The notes under the pieces were generated by a model. That model had not been told where the DNA came from, did not search any database, and was given only the letters and a program-made list of their open reading frames with translations. Of a stretch of DNA of 64,000 bases, positions 55,897-64,000 are shown in pieces. The number at the start of each line of letters is the position of its first letter. Positions within the stretch are counted from its first letter, which is position 1. Origin of the DNA: Candidatus Brocadiia bacterium (GTDB taxonomy: Bacteria; Planctomycetota; Brocadiia; CAIUPP01); assembly GCA_050015075.1 (NCBI GenBank), contig JBEKCB010000008.1, forward strand, positions 1 to 64,000, read 5' to 3'. The position numbers and the translations under genes are program-made.

Positions 55897-58320
55897 CTAC
55901 TGATCTTTCCGCGTAATCCCCAGTCCGCACAAAGGCACGATCTCCCTGGCCTCGGCGGATGAATAGTTGAAGATGGTGAATCCTCCCGTGCCGGCCCGGC
56001 GGGTGATTTGGATCATCCGGAACAACGTGAAGATGTCGCCCTGCGCGCCCCAGCAACTGAAACCGATCCCCGGGTAACAGCCGGCCTTGCCCGCCCACTG
56101 CACCTGCCGCTGCACCAGGCCCTGGAACTCGGCGCTGTCGGGCGTGTAGTCCATCGGGCAGACGAAATCCAGGTAGCCGTGCTCGCACCAGAGCTTCCAG
56201 TCCTGCCCGACGTTGTCGCGGTCCACGGGCCAATTGGAAAACACCGCCGCCGAAATCTTGAGGTTCGGCTTGACCTTCCGCACCTCGCGGCTGACGGCGG
56301 CGACGACGGCGGTAATGTTGTCCCGCCGGAAGTCCAGCCACTGGTCGCGCAGCAGGCCGCCTTGTACGTCCGCGGGCCAGTTAGCGACCTTGCGACCGAT
56401 GGATTTCTCGAACCGTTCGCGGCAGCCGGCGCAGAAGCAGCCGTCGGGGCCCGGATAGCGGATGTAATCGAAGTGGATGCCGTCCACGTCGTATCGGGTG
56501 GCGATCTCGATCATCGCGTCGGTCTCGAGCTTCTGGTTGGCCGGATTGCTGGGGCAGAGCCACAGCCCGCCCTCGATCGGCTTGCCGTCGGGTCCCACCT
56601 GAGTCCGCCCTTCCTGCTGCATCCGGGCGGCGAACTCTCCCGGTTCGCGCATTCTCCAGTTGACCTTCCACACGTGGCATTGAAGCCCGTACTTTCGACA
56701 TGCCGCCAGGCACAGGGCGATCTGGTCGCCCTTCTCCTTGACGAGCGGGTTCACGGGAAGGACGGAGCTGTTGTAGAACGCCGTGTCGCCCCAGAGCATG
56801 TTCGGCTGGATCGCGGTGAAGCCGTTGTCGGCAAGGTTCTTGACAGCGGCGTCCCAGTCCATGCCCTCGACGCCGAACGCGTTGTGGCACCAGAAGGCCC
56901 GGCGTTCGCCGCGCGCCGGCTGCTCCAGGAGACACCAGCCCTTGACCGCCTGCTGATGGACCTGCTCGGCGAGGTCCATCGCCGCTACGGACTGGCCCCG
57001 GGCGACCAGTTCCATGGCGCGCTGCCGGCCGGACAGGGCGGCCGCGAAAGCGGCGCGCGCCGGCTCGACGGCGGCCTGCGCCGCAAGGCGCTGGACCTCC
57101 GACAAGTCCTTGTGATCCCCGGCCGTCAACGCGCGGTCGAGGCTTGCCCGCGCCGCCGCAGGCCACAGGTCCGGCGCCATCGCCCCAACCATGGCCATCA
57201 GCAGCCGCCGCTTGCCCGGAGCATCGTCGTCCAGCATGACGTGCGTCATCATCACGCAATTGTCCGAGACGACGATGGCCGCCTCGCCGGTGGGCTTGCC
57301 GCCGCTGTCGTACCACTCCGCCACCACTTTGCCGCGGCCCGCGATCGGCTGGCATTCCTCGATGTTCCAGGAAGCCTGCTTGACCACCGGCGGCATGCCC
57401 GGCAGCGCATCGCCCGCCGCCGGCCGGATGGAACTGAAGCGCCCCTCGGCCGACACGTTGCGCCCGAGGCGCAGTCCCGCCGGCTGTTGGAGCGGGCCGG
57501 GCAGGACGTAGAACGCGATCATCTTCCCTCCGCCGGCCATGAATTTCTCCAGCGCGGCGACCGCGTCGTCCGGCATATTCGGACTGTAGGGAAGGATGAC
57601 GAGCCGCTTGCCCGCGAGCCGCGCGGGCGTCAGGTCCAGGTCGCTGAGGAGCGTGTACTCCAGGCCCAGTTCGTCCAATCTCCCACAGAGCGACCCGGTG
57701 AATTGCCGAGCGCCGGGCCATTCATCTTTCGCTGCGAGGGCGGCGGATTCCGCGCGGACGACGGCGATCTCGCCGCCGCCCCTGACGACGCGGAGGTTGC
57801 GGATGCGCAGCACCGTGTCCTTATTCAGGCCGCGCCAGGCGGATATCCGCAGCGTGTCAATCCCGGCCCAGCCTGTGGGCTTGCCCTCGATCTCCATATC
57901 CGACTTCCTGATCGTCACCGTGGCGAACTCGGCGGATGCGGCGGAGAAATGCCCGGTGTACCAGCCGTCGCCGCTGCGCAGGTAAAAGCTGAAGCCGGCG
58001 ACCGGCGCGGGGTCGTCGCAGGCCGCTTCGAATTGCAGGCTGGCCGCGTCGGACAGGTCCAGCTTCACGGGATGGTCCCAGGAAGCGCGCTCGATTCGCG
58101 TGCCCTGGAAGTTGCACGGCATCCTCAGCGCCTTCGCGGCGTCGGGCGCGCGCACGACGGAGACCGGGGCCGTGCCGGCCATCGGTTCCCAAACCGCCCG
58201 CGCGGCTGCGTCGCTGGCGTAATCCAGCGGATCAACCGTAGGAACTTCGGCGGCCGCCGAGGTGCTCAACCCCACCGCTATCATCGCCAGGCTGCCGGCC
58301 AGAATCAGGCGCACCATCAT
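55897..58320 (-). CDS. Secreted GHL10 (family-10-like) glycosyl hydrolase with N-terminal CBM-like and trimerisation-like domains
   Basis: ERRAFW, WLCPSNP, YDVDGIHFDYIRY, GQDW..W...GYLD..CPMDY. Confidence 0.82.
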   Translation of the reverse strand: MMVRLILAGSLAMIAVGLSTSAAAEVPTVDPLDYASDAAARAVWEPMAGTAPVSVVRAPDAAKALRMPCNFQGTRIERASWDHPVKLDLSDAASLQFEAACDDPAPVAGFSFYLRSGDGWYTGHFSAASAEFATVTIRKSDMEIEGKPTGWAGIDTLRISAWRGLNKDTVLRIRNLRVVRGGGEIAVVRAESAALAAKDEWPGARQFTGSLCGRLDELGLEYTLLSDLDLTPARLAGKRLVILPYSPNMPDDAVAALEKFMAGGGKMIAFYVLPGPLQQPAGLRLGRNVSAEGRFSSIRPAAGDALPGMPPVVKQASWNIEECQPIAGRGKVVAEWYDSGGKPTGEAAIVVSDNCVMMTHVMLDDDAPGKRRLLMAMVGAMAPDLWPAAARASLDRALTAGDHKDLSEVQRLAAQAAVEPARAAFAAALSGRQRAMELVARGQSVAAMDLAEQVHQQAVKGWCLLEQPARGERRAFWCHNAFGVEGMDWDAAVKNLADNGFTAIQPNMLWGDTAFYNSSVLPVNPLVKEKGDQIALCLAACRKYGLQCHVWKVNWRMREPGEFAARMQQEGRTQVGPDGKPIEGGLWLCPSNPANQKLETDAMIEIATRYDVDGIHFDYIRYPGPDGCFCAGCRERFEKSIGRKVANWPADVQGGLLRDQWLDFRRDNITAVVAAVSREVRKVKPNLKISAAVFSNWPVDRDNVGQDWKLWCEHGYLDFVCPMDYTPDSAEFQGLVQRQVQWAGKAGCYPGIGFSCWGAQGDIFTLFRMIQITRRAGTGGFTIFNYSSAEAREIVPLCGLGITRKDQ

Positions 58321-58330
58321 CGCTGCCCTC

Positions 58331-59329
58331 TCATAACTCTTTTACCTTCTGCCACAGCGAAGGCTCGACCGGGATGCCGAGTTCCAGGTTTTCGCGCCGC
58401 GCGGCCAGAGACCGCTCGCCCGGGTAGAGGACTTTGCTGTTTTCACCGACCGGCCCGGCGGCATGGAAATTGTCCACGACGTCGTTGACCACCCGCGCTG
58501 CAAGGGAGCCCGGCGCCAGGCGCGCGAGGTCGAAGGCCATGAAGACTTGCGACACGCTCGTCTCGGTCAGCTTGCCGATCTGGTGCGTCGCCAGTCCGCC
58601 GGACAGGAGCGCGACGACCAGGTCGAGCATCAGCGCCAGCCCCGAGCCTTTCCAATAACCGATCGGCAACGGGCGCTGCGATTCCGCGATCTCGTTCGCA
58701 TCGCGCGTGAGGCGCCCTTCGCGGTTATATCCGCCCTCCACCGGCAGCGGCTCGCCGCTCGTCCGGTGGATTTGCACCTTGCCGCCGGAGAATTGTGAAA
58801 TCGCCATGTCCAGCACCACGTGTCCGCCGGGGCGCGGAACCGCGATGACCAGCGGATTGTTCCCCAGGCGGCGTTCCCTGGCGCCCCAGGGCGGCATCAG
58901 CGCCATCGTGTTCGTCCAGCAAATCCCGACGCATCCCGCCTCGGCCGCCTGCCAGCCGTAGTTCCCCGCGCGCTGCCAGTGGTTGGTGTTTTTCAGCGCG
59001 ACGCAGCCCATGCCGCCCTGCCGCGCCAGCTCGATGGCCCGGCCCATGCAGAAAAATGCGTTGAGCGGTCCCGGGCCATGCCGGCCGTCCCACCGCTCCA
59101 GCGCGCCGAAACTCTCCACCAGGGCCGGCTCGGAGTGGATCTTGACGGTCCCTTTCCGGACATCGTTAATGAAAACGGGGAACCGGTTCAGCCCATGAGA
59201 AGGCACGCCGTCGCGGCTGGCGTCGGCGAACAGCCGCGCGCAGAGTTCCGCGCGGTCCCGCCGGAATCCGCACTTGAGCAGCACGCGCAGAAACTCGTTG
59301 AACATGTCCTGGTAAGGAACCCGCGTCAT
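58331..59329 (-). CDS. yiaK: 3-dehydro-L-gulonate 2-dehydrogenase (Ldh_2 family)
   Basis: DGV.SHGLNRFP, NTNHW.R.G.YGWQAA, CWTNT...MP.WG, GNNPL, DMA.SQFS.GK, GYWKGSGL. Confidence 0.9.
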   Translation of the reverse strand: MTRVPYQDMFNEFLRVLLKCGFRRDRAELCARLFADASRDGVPSHGLNRFPVFINDVRKGTVKIHSEPALVESFGALERWDGRHGPGPLNAFFCMGRAIELARQGGMGCVALKNTNHWQRAGNYGWQAAEAGCVGICWTNTMALMPPWGARERRLGNNPLVIAVPRPGGHVVLDMAISQFSGGKVQIHRTSGEPLPVEGGYNREGRLTRDANEIAESQRPLPIGYWKGSGLALMLDLVVALLSGGLATHQIGKLTETSVSQVFMAFDLARLAPGSLAARVVNDVVDNFHAAGPVGENSKVLYPGERSLAARRENLELGIPVEPSLWQKVKEL

Positions 59330-59510
59330 GACTTTGCATCTCCCTTAATCTCGCCTGGCGCCGCCTCGAAAAACGTGCTGACGTAGCCCTCCGGCCGGAA
59401 GAGGATCACGAACAGCGTGGCATTGCAGCCGTCATGGGAAGCGAGGCCGTTGGTTAACGGTTGCGGCCGCTGGACGCGGACCGCCGGCGCGACAAGACCG
59501 ACGGTAATCA

Positions 59511-60956
59511 CTATTCCTTGGACTGCCCCTGCTGCAGCAGTTTCTTTGAATCTTCCGTGCCCCGCTTGCTGGCGTCGGGCATCGAGATCGTGGTGGAGAG
59601 GGAAGGCGTGATGCAAACCAGTATTTCGTTTTCCCTTTCAACCGTCTCCTTATGCCTGAAACCGAGATAGCAGATCAGCGGTATGTATCCCAGGATCGGG
59701 GTTCGCTCATCCACAGTATCCGAGCGTGTGTCTTTGATGCCGCTGCAGATAATGGTCTCGCCCAGCTTGCAGCGCATCGTCGTGGTAACTCTGAATATCG
59801 TGTTGCTGATGTCGCCATAACCCTCATTGGAGCGTGTCGGGACGCTGCTGAGTTCAAACACCACATCCGACTGAACGTTGCTCTCAACATCGAGGACAGG
59901 CAGGATCTTCATGCTGAGGCCGTAGGGAAGGTACTTCACATCACCCGGTAGCCGGATGCCGATCTGCCCGCCCGAAGCCACCTCGGCCGGCCTTCCGCTG
60001 ACGACGGTCAAATGGGGCTTGCACAGCACCTTGTTCCTCTCGTTCGCCTCCAGGCACTGCACAACGACGCCGCCCAAGGCCGTGACGGAATAGCTCGTGT
60101 TGTTCAGGAAGCTCGACTGGCCCTTGTCCGGGCCCACCCTGCTTGTGACGGCGCCGCCGATCTGGATCGCGTTGCCCAGCAGGTTCACGCCCAGCTCCTC
60201 CCGCCAGCGCTTATCAGCGCTGATGAACTCGCAATCCAATTCAATCTGCTGAGGCTGCACGATGATGACGTTCAGAACCTTGTCGGCAAGGGATTTCGCC
60301 AAATCCTCCGCGCGCTTTTTAGCCTCTTCGTTCGGCACGTATCCTGCGAGCACAACGGTGTCGCTGCTGGGCTTGACCTCGACGGCGGGCATGTTAATCC
60401 AGTCTTTGATCCGTTTCAGCAGCACCGGATGAACCGGGTTATATTCGACCAGGTCGAAGATGTCATGCGCCCGCTGCGCGCAGATCGCATCAATCTGATC
60501 TTTGTCCTTCTTGTTGAAGACGACCCCCTGAACAATCACCCCCGTGGAAATCGCTTTCACTTCCAGGCCGGGGATTGACTTGACCAGCTCTCTGACGTCA
60601 TCGGGCAGGAGGTTCAGGACGACGATGTTGTAGGTCGCCGTCGCGCCTGCGGCCTCGCCGCTCAACGTGACGGTCGTTGCGCCGGCGGCCTTGGCGGTCA
60701 GGACGACTTTAGTCTTATCCGCATCTTTCGGCGGCGTGACGGCGACGACGCCGGCATTCTCCGCCGCCATGCTTGCGATAGCAAAGGCCGCCTTGAGCGT
60801 CGTGTCCGATCCGGTTCGCATAAAAATGGATTCGCTCTCGGCAGCCGGCGCGACAGTCGCCCCGAGCAACGTCGCGGCTACCACCATTGCCGCGATGGCC
60901 GCCGTTCTGTGCAGAGTGGATATCAAACCCGACCGTAGAGAACCGGAATCCACCAT
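59511..60956 (-). CDS. CpaC/RcpA-type pilus secretin with a BON-like domain
   Basis: Signal peptide; N-terminal Ig-like domain (LTAKAAG.TTV), VVLAG.V, P.L...SG..A....GG.I, YG..L...P, P.LG.IP.....F, E....ITP. Confidence 0.8.
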   Translation of the reverse strand: MVDSGSLRSGLISTLHRTAAIAAMVVAATLLGATVAPAAESESIFMRTGSDTTLKAAFAIASMAAENAGVVAVTPPKDADKTKVVLTAKAAGATTVTLSGEAAGATATYNIVVLNLLPDDVRELVKSIPGLEVKAISTGVIVQGVVFNKKDKDQIDAICAQRAHDIFDLVEYNPVHPVLLKRIKDWINMPAVEVKPSSDTVVLAGYVPNEEAKKRAEDLAKSLADKVLNVIIVQPQQIELDCEFISADKRWREELGVNLLGNAIQIGGAVTSRVGPDKGQSSFLNNTSYSVTALGGVVVQCLEANERNKVLCKPHLTVVSGRPAEVASGGQIGIRLPGDVKYLPYGLSMKILPVLDVESNVQSDVVFELSSVPTRSNEGYGDISNTIFRVTTTMRCKLGETIICSGIKDTRSDTVDERTPILGYIPLICYLGFRHKETVERENEILVCITPSLSTTISMPDASKRGTEDSKKLLQQGQSKE

Positions 60957-61496
60957 ACGGCGCCCTCCGCACGACAGTTAGCGATCAAGCCACATATGTA
61001 TGCTACCACTGGTATCACCCGTGTCAAGCATTTTTTCAAGCGTCGGCCAGCTTTAAGCACTGGTCCGAGTCGTGATTTCCCGTATGATCGGCGGTTCACA
61101 GTCATCGTGAAACTGGTTGCCATGATTCTATCGGTCCAGAGTCAGAAAATAACTTAGAGTTTCCGTTCCAGCCGGTTGAAAAGCGCTGTCAACTGCTTCC
61201 CATGAAGGAAGATACACAACAGCTACGCCGGCGGATTGCAATCCACATCCGGCCAATTCGCGCTCACATATTCGCTCGTTTTGCGCGAACGTGCCGGTCC
61301 GCACGCCCCGGCGGAGCCGATTATAACGCGCGCGGCACAACACAACCAAATCCTGGGGGCGTTTCGATGCAAAAGAGGCCTGTGGCATTGACCGGATGAC
61401 TCGGTCGCCCTATTTGAGATCACACCTCTCAGGCGGGTTTTCGGCGGTCTGTCGGTACGCGGGGGTTATGAAGAATCCGAACCGCAGGCTTGCCGC

Positions 61497-62837
61497 TCAT
61501 GCGCCGCGCCCCTTTTCCCATAGCTTACGCAGCAACGCGAGATCGGCGTCCACCATAGTGGCCACTCCGGCCACGCTCGGCCGGGCGCTGTGGGCGGTCA
61601 GCGACTCGTAGCCGCCGGCGCGCCAGGCTTGTTCGGTGACCATGTAGCCCAGGTAGTCGCCGCCGAGTTCCACGCAGAACGTCCAGGGGAACGGGCTCTC
61701 CGCCTTGATCTTCAAGCCCCACTCGATGAAGACTTCGCCCGGCAGACTGGCGAAGGCGACATCGCCGATCCGCCACGCCTGCAGGAGCGTCCGGTCCTCC
61801 GTCCTGCCCGCCCGGCGCATGCGCGCGATCTCCCGGCGGAAAACCTCCTGCGCCTCCGGAGACCACTGCGAGGCGCGGATGCGCGCTTCCGGGTCCGCCG
61901 CGAGGTCGCGCCAGGGGACCGTGATCTCCTGCTTCAGCGCTCCCAGCGGAACAGGCTCGAGGCCGGCCTTCCGCTTCTCCAGCCGCTGGATGATGGCGCG
62001 CGCCAGCGCGTCGCCCACCTCGCGGTACTTCAGGGTCGGGTTGATGTCGCCGAACGTGCCCGGCACGAAGATCGGCACCACGCCCGGCCCGAACCGCTCG
62101 CGGAGCCGCGCTGCGACCACGGCGGGATAGTCGGCGCTGAAGCAGGGCCCGAAGTTCGCGTTCGTGTGGAGCGAGTAATGCCACAGGACGGCGATGGGGG
62201 GCCCGCCCGTTCGACGTTGCTCAGGGCGGCCCTGAGTTCCATCGAATGGGCCTGCGGCGTCGTCGAAGCAGAGGATGCCCACCTCCGGGTCAACGGGCGC
62301 GGCGGAGCCGAGGCACTGGACCTCCTCTTCGCCCGCGTGCAGCAGCCAGATGTTGATCTCGCGGCCGTCCTTGTACTTGTATCGGCGGTTCTGAAGGACG
62401 TGCTGGCAGTAGGCGCGCTCGCGGCTCATCCGCGCGGGGCGCATGGAACGGCAGGCGGCCTCGACCGCGTCCGCGAATTTGCCGGGAATGCCCGCGAGCC
62501 AGGCCTCGTCAATCGGAAACGCGTCCTCAAACAGCCGGACCGTGTACGGCCCGGTGTGCGTGTGGCTGGCGGCCCAGACGATGTTCTGCTCCGGGATGCC
62601 GGTCCGCAGCGCGGCCAGCGACACGGCCGCGTCGCCTTCCTTGCGTTCGAGCGCGATCAAGTCCAGCAGCACATACGCCAGCTTGACTCCGCCGGACGAG
62701 AGGACAATGGCTTTGATCGTGAGCGGATCCTGCACCCCCTCGGACTTGCGCGGCTTAAGGTCACCGGCCAGCGCGGTGCCGACCGGCGGCGTGATGTCCA
62801 CCTCCGCCGCGCCCGCCATGAGCATATCCGAATCCAT
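61497..62837 (-). CDS. Neutral/alkaline ceramidase-like hydrolase
   Basis: AG.A.VDITPP.G..L.G, DPL...A.VL, ASHTHTGP, NRR, SADYP, G..GD.NP, LPGE.F.E.G..IK, GY......GGYE. Confidence 0.82.
   Translation of the reverse strand: MDSDMLMAGAAEVDITPPVGTALAGDLKPRKSEGVQDPLTIKAIVLSSGGVKLAYVLLDLIALERKEGDAAVSLAALRTGIPEQNIVWAASHTHTGPYTVRLFEDAFPIDEAWLAGIPGKFADAVEAACRSMRPARMSRERAYCQHVLQNRRYKYKDGREINIWLLHAGEEEVQCLGSAAPVDPEVGILCFDDAAGPFDGTQGRPEQRRTGGPPIAVLWHYSLHTNANFGPCFSADYPAVVAARLRERFGPGVVPIFVPGTFGDINPTLKYREVGDALARAIIQRLEKRKAGLEPVPLGALKQEITVPWRDLAADPEARIRASQWSPEAQEVFRREIARMRRAGRTEDRTLLQAWRIGDVAFASLPGEVFIEWGLKIKAESPFPWTFCVELGGDYLGYMVTEQAWRAGGYESLTAHSARPSVAGVATMVDADLALLRKLWEKGRGA
62205..62251. repeat. 47-bp imperfect palindrome inserted in frame in the ceramidase-like CDS
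   Basis: GCCCGTTCGACGTTGCTCAGGGC-G-GCCCTGAGTTCCATCGAATGGGC, encoding PFDGTQGRPEQRRTG on the minus strand. Confidence 0.75.
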
Positions 62838-62911
62838 CGCGTATCCTCCCCGCTGGTAGTGTGCCCGTCAGGGCATACGAAATAGCGCCTGACGGCGCCA
62901 CTACAAGCGCC

Positions 62912-63991
62912 CTACCAGTTGAACTGGGGCACGTCCATCCACACGCCGCCCTTCATGGCTGACTCATGGGCGATGATGCCCGGCACGGTGAAGTCCATGG
63001 AACGGATCACGTCAATCGGCGGACGCGCATCCCGCTCGATGGCCGCGAGGAAGTCGCGGATCATGTAGTACTCCGACGTCCCATGTCCGCCCTGGCGCGC
63101 CTCGGCGGGAGCGTTCGGGTCGGAGACCTCGCACGGGATGGCGCGCGTCCGGTTGGGCGGGTCCTCCTTCAGGCTGAAGTAGAGCCCTTCGCCCCGGTCG
63201 CGCTGGTTCTCCAGGTGTCCGGCCGTGCCGTAGAGCGAGTACCAGACCATGTGCGGCCGCGCCGCCACCTGGCTGCGGAGGATCTTGACCACCGCGCCTT
63301 TCTCGGTCTGGAAGATCCCGGTCTCGAAATCGAGGAACCCCGGATGCTCCTGGTATTCGGGCATCTTGTTGAACCCGGTCGTCAGGCCGCAGCCGCGGAC
63401 GATGCGGTCGTTCATCAGCATCAGGATCGGCCCGAGCGTGTGCGCGCAATACCAGATGGGCGGCCGGTCATGTCGCCAGTGAAACTGGCCGGTCTTCTCG
63501 TCCACGAGCCGGTCAATGATCTCGTGGATGTATTCTCCCTCGGCGTAATAGATCTTGCCCAGCTTGCCCGCGGCGACGATCTTCTGCCATTCGCGGACGT
63601 AGTGGAAGTAGCAGTAATTCTCCGCCATCATGTACGCGAGCCCGGTCTTCCGGACGGTCTCGACGATGCGCGCGCAATCGGCGACGGTGTAAGCTGCCGT
63701 CTGCTCGCAGAGCACGTGCCGCCCGCTCACCAGCGCCTGGATCGTCTGCTCCGCGTGAAAGGCGATCGGCGTGGCGATGAGCACGATGTCCATCGGCGCG
63801 TTCAGAAACGAATCGTAGTCGGCGTACAGGCGCTGATCCGGCAGATGGAACGCCTTGCCGACCTCCGCGAGCCGCGCCGGCGCGGTATCGCAGAGCGCGG
63901 TCACCTCGACGGCGGGATGCGCGCTGAACACATCCACGAACCCTCGCCCGCGCGAAAGCCCGACCAGCCCGACCTTCCACTTCTTCTTCAT
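62912..63991 (-). CDS. Gfo/Idh/MocA family oxidoreductase
   Basis: KVGLVGL.RG, IATP...H, G.HVLCE, YMMAENY, YAEGEYIH, GGHG.S. Confidence 0.9.
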   Translation of the reverse strand: MKKKWKVGLVGLSRGRGFVDVFSAHPAVEVTALCDTAPARLAEVGKAFHLPDQRLYADYDSFLNAPMDIVLIATPIAFHAEQTIQALVSGRHVLCEQTAAYTVADCARIVETVRKTGLAYMMAENYCYFHYVREWQKIVAAGKLGKIYYAEGEYIHEIIDRLVDEKTGQFHWRHDRPPIWYCAHTLGPILMLMNDRIVRGCGLTTGFNKMPEYQEHPGFLDFETGIFQTEKGAVVKILRSQVAARPHMVWYSLYGTAGHLENQRDRGEGLYFSLKEDPPNRTRAIPCEVSDPNAPAEARQGGHGTSEYYMIRDFLAAIERDARPPIDVIRSMDFTVPGIIAHESAMKGGVWMDVPQFNW

Positions 63992-64000
63992 GTTCCGCAC

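Noticed and set aside
61050-61496. Long intergenic region examined for an ncRNA or riboswitch
   Set aside because: No recognisable motif or convincing stem pattern; the short ORFs lack coding signals.
1-64000. tRNA, rRNA, IS elements, prophage, reverse transcriptase
   Set aside because: No cloverleaf, rRNA signature, transposase, integrase, phage or RT motifs were recognised.

Overview
A high-GC bacterial chromosomal window with about 50 CDS. The gene content (DUF5107, GHL10-like and other large secreted glycan enzymes, duplicated CxC-CxxC zinc ribbons, DUF2950/DUF3300) suggests a PVC-superphylum-like heterotroph; this is an inference. It encodes sugar and amino-acid catabolism (D-aminoacylase end, DSD1-like PLP enzyme, GH4, GH94, GH123/DUF4091-like, GHL10-like, YiaK, Gfo/Idh/MocA, LtaE, DegT), envelope proteins (DegQ, DoxX, DUF2079, DUF2950 x2, DUF3300, an orphan CpaC/RcpA-type secretin), and lepA-hemW flanked by two toxin-antitoxin pairs. 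I found no rRNA, tRNA, CRISPR-cas, integrase or transposase. The most unusual signals are non-coding or structural: (i) a 142-bp multi-hairpin tandem array at 4.7-5.3 kb; (ii) intergenic elements with different sequences but a shared 8-8-1-8 triple-repeat arm layout; (iii) a palindrome inserted in frame in a hydrolase gene; (iv) eight motifs spaced about one helical turn apart; (v) a 46-bp promoter module shared by two unrelated operons; (vi) a C-terminal motif shared by the two different genes that precede DUF2950; and (vii) a pseudopilin/flotillin chimeric scar. All family assignments are from motif recognition, not database searches.
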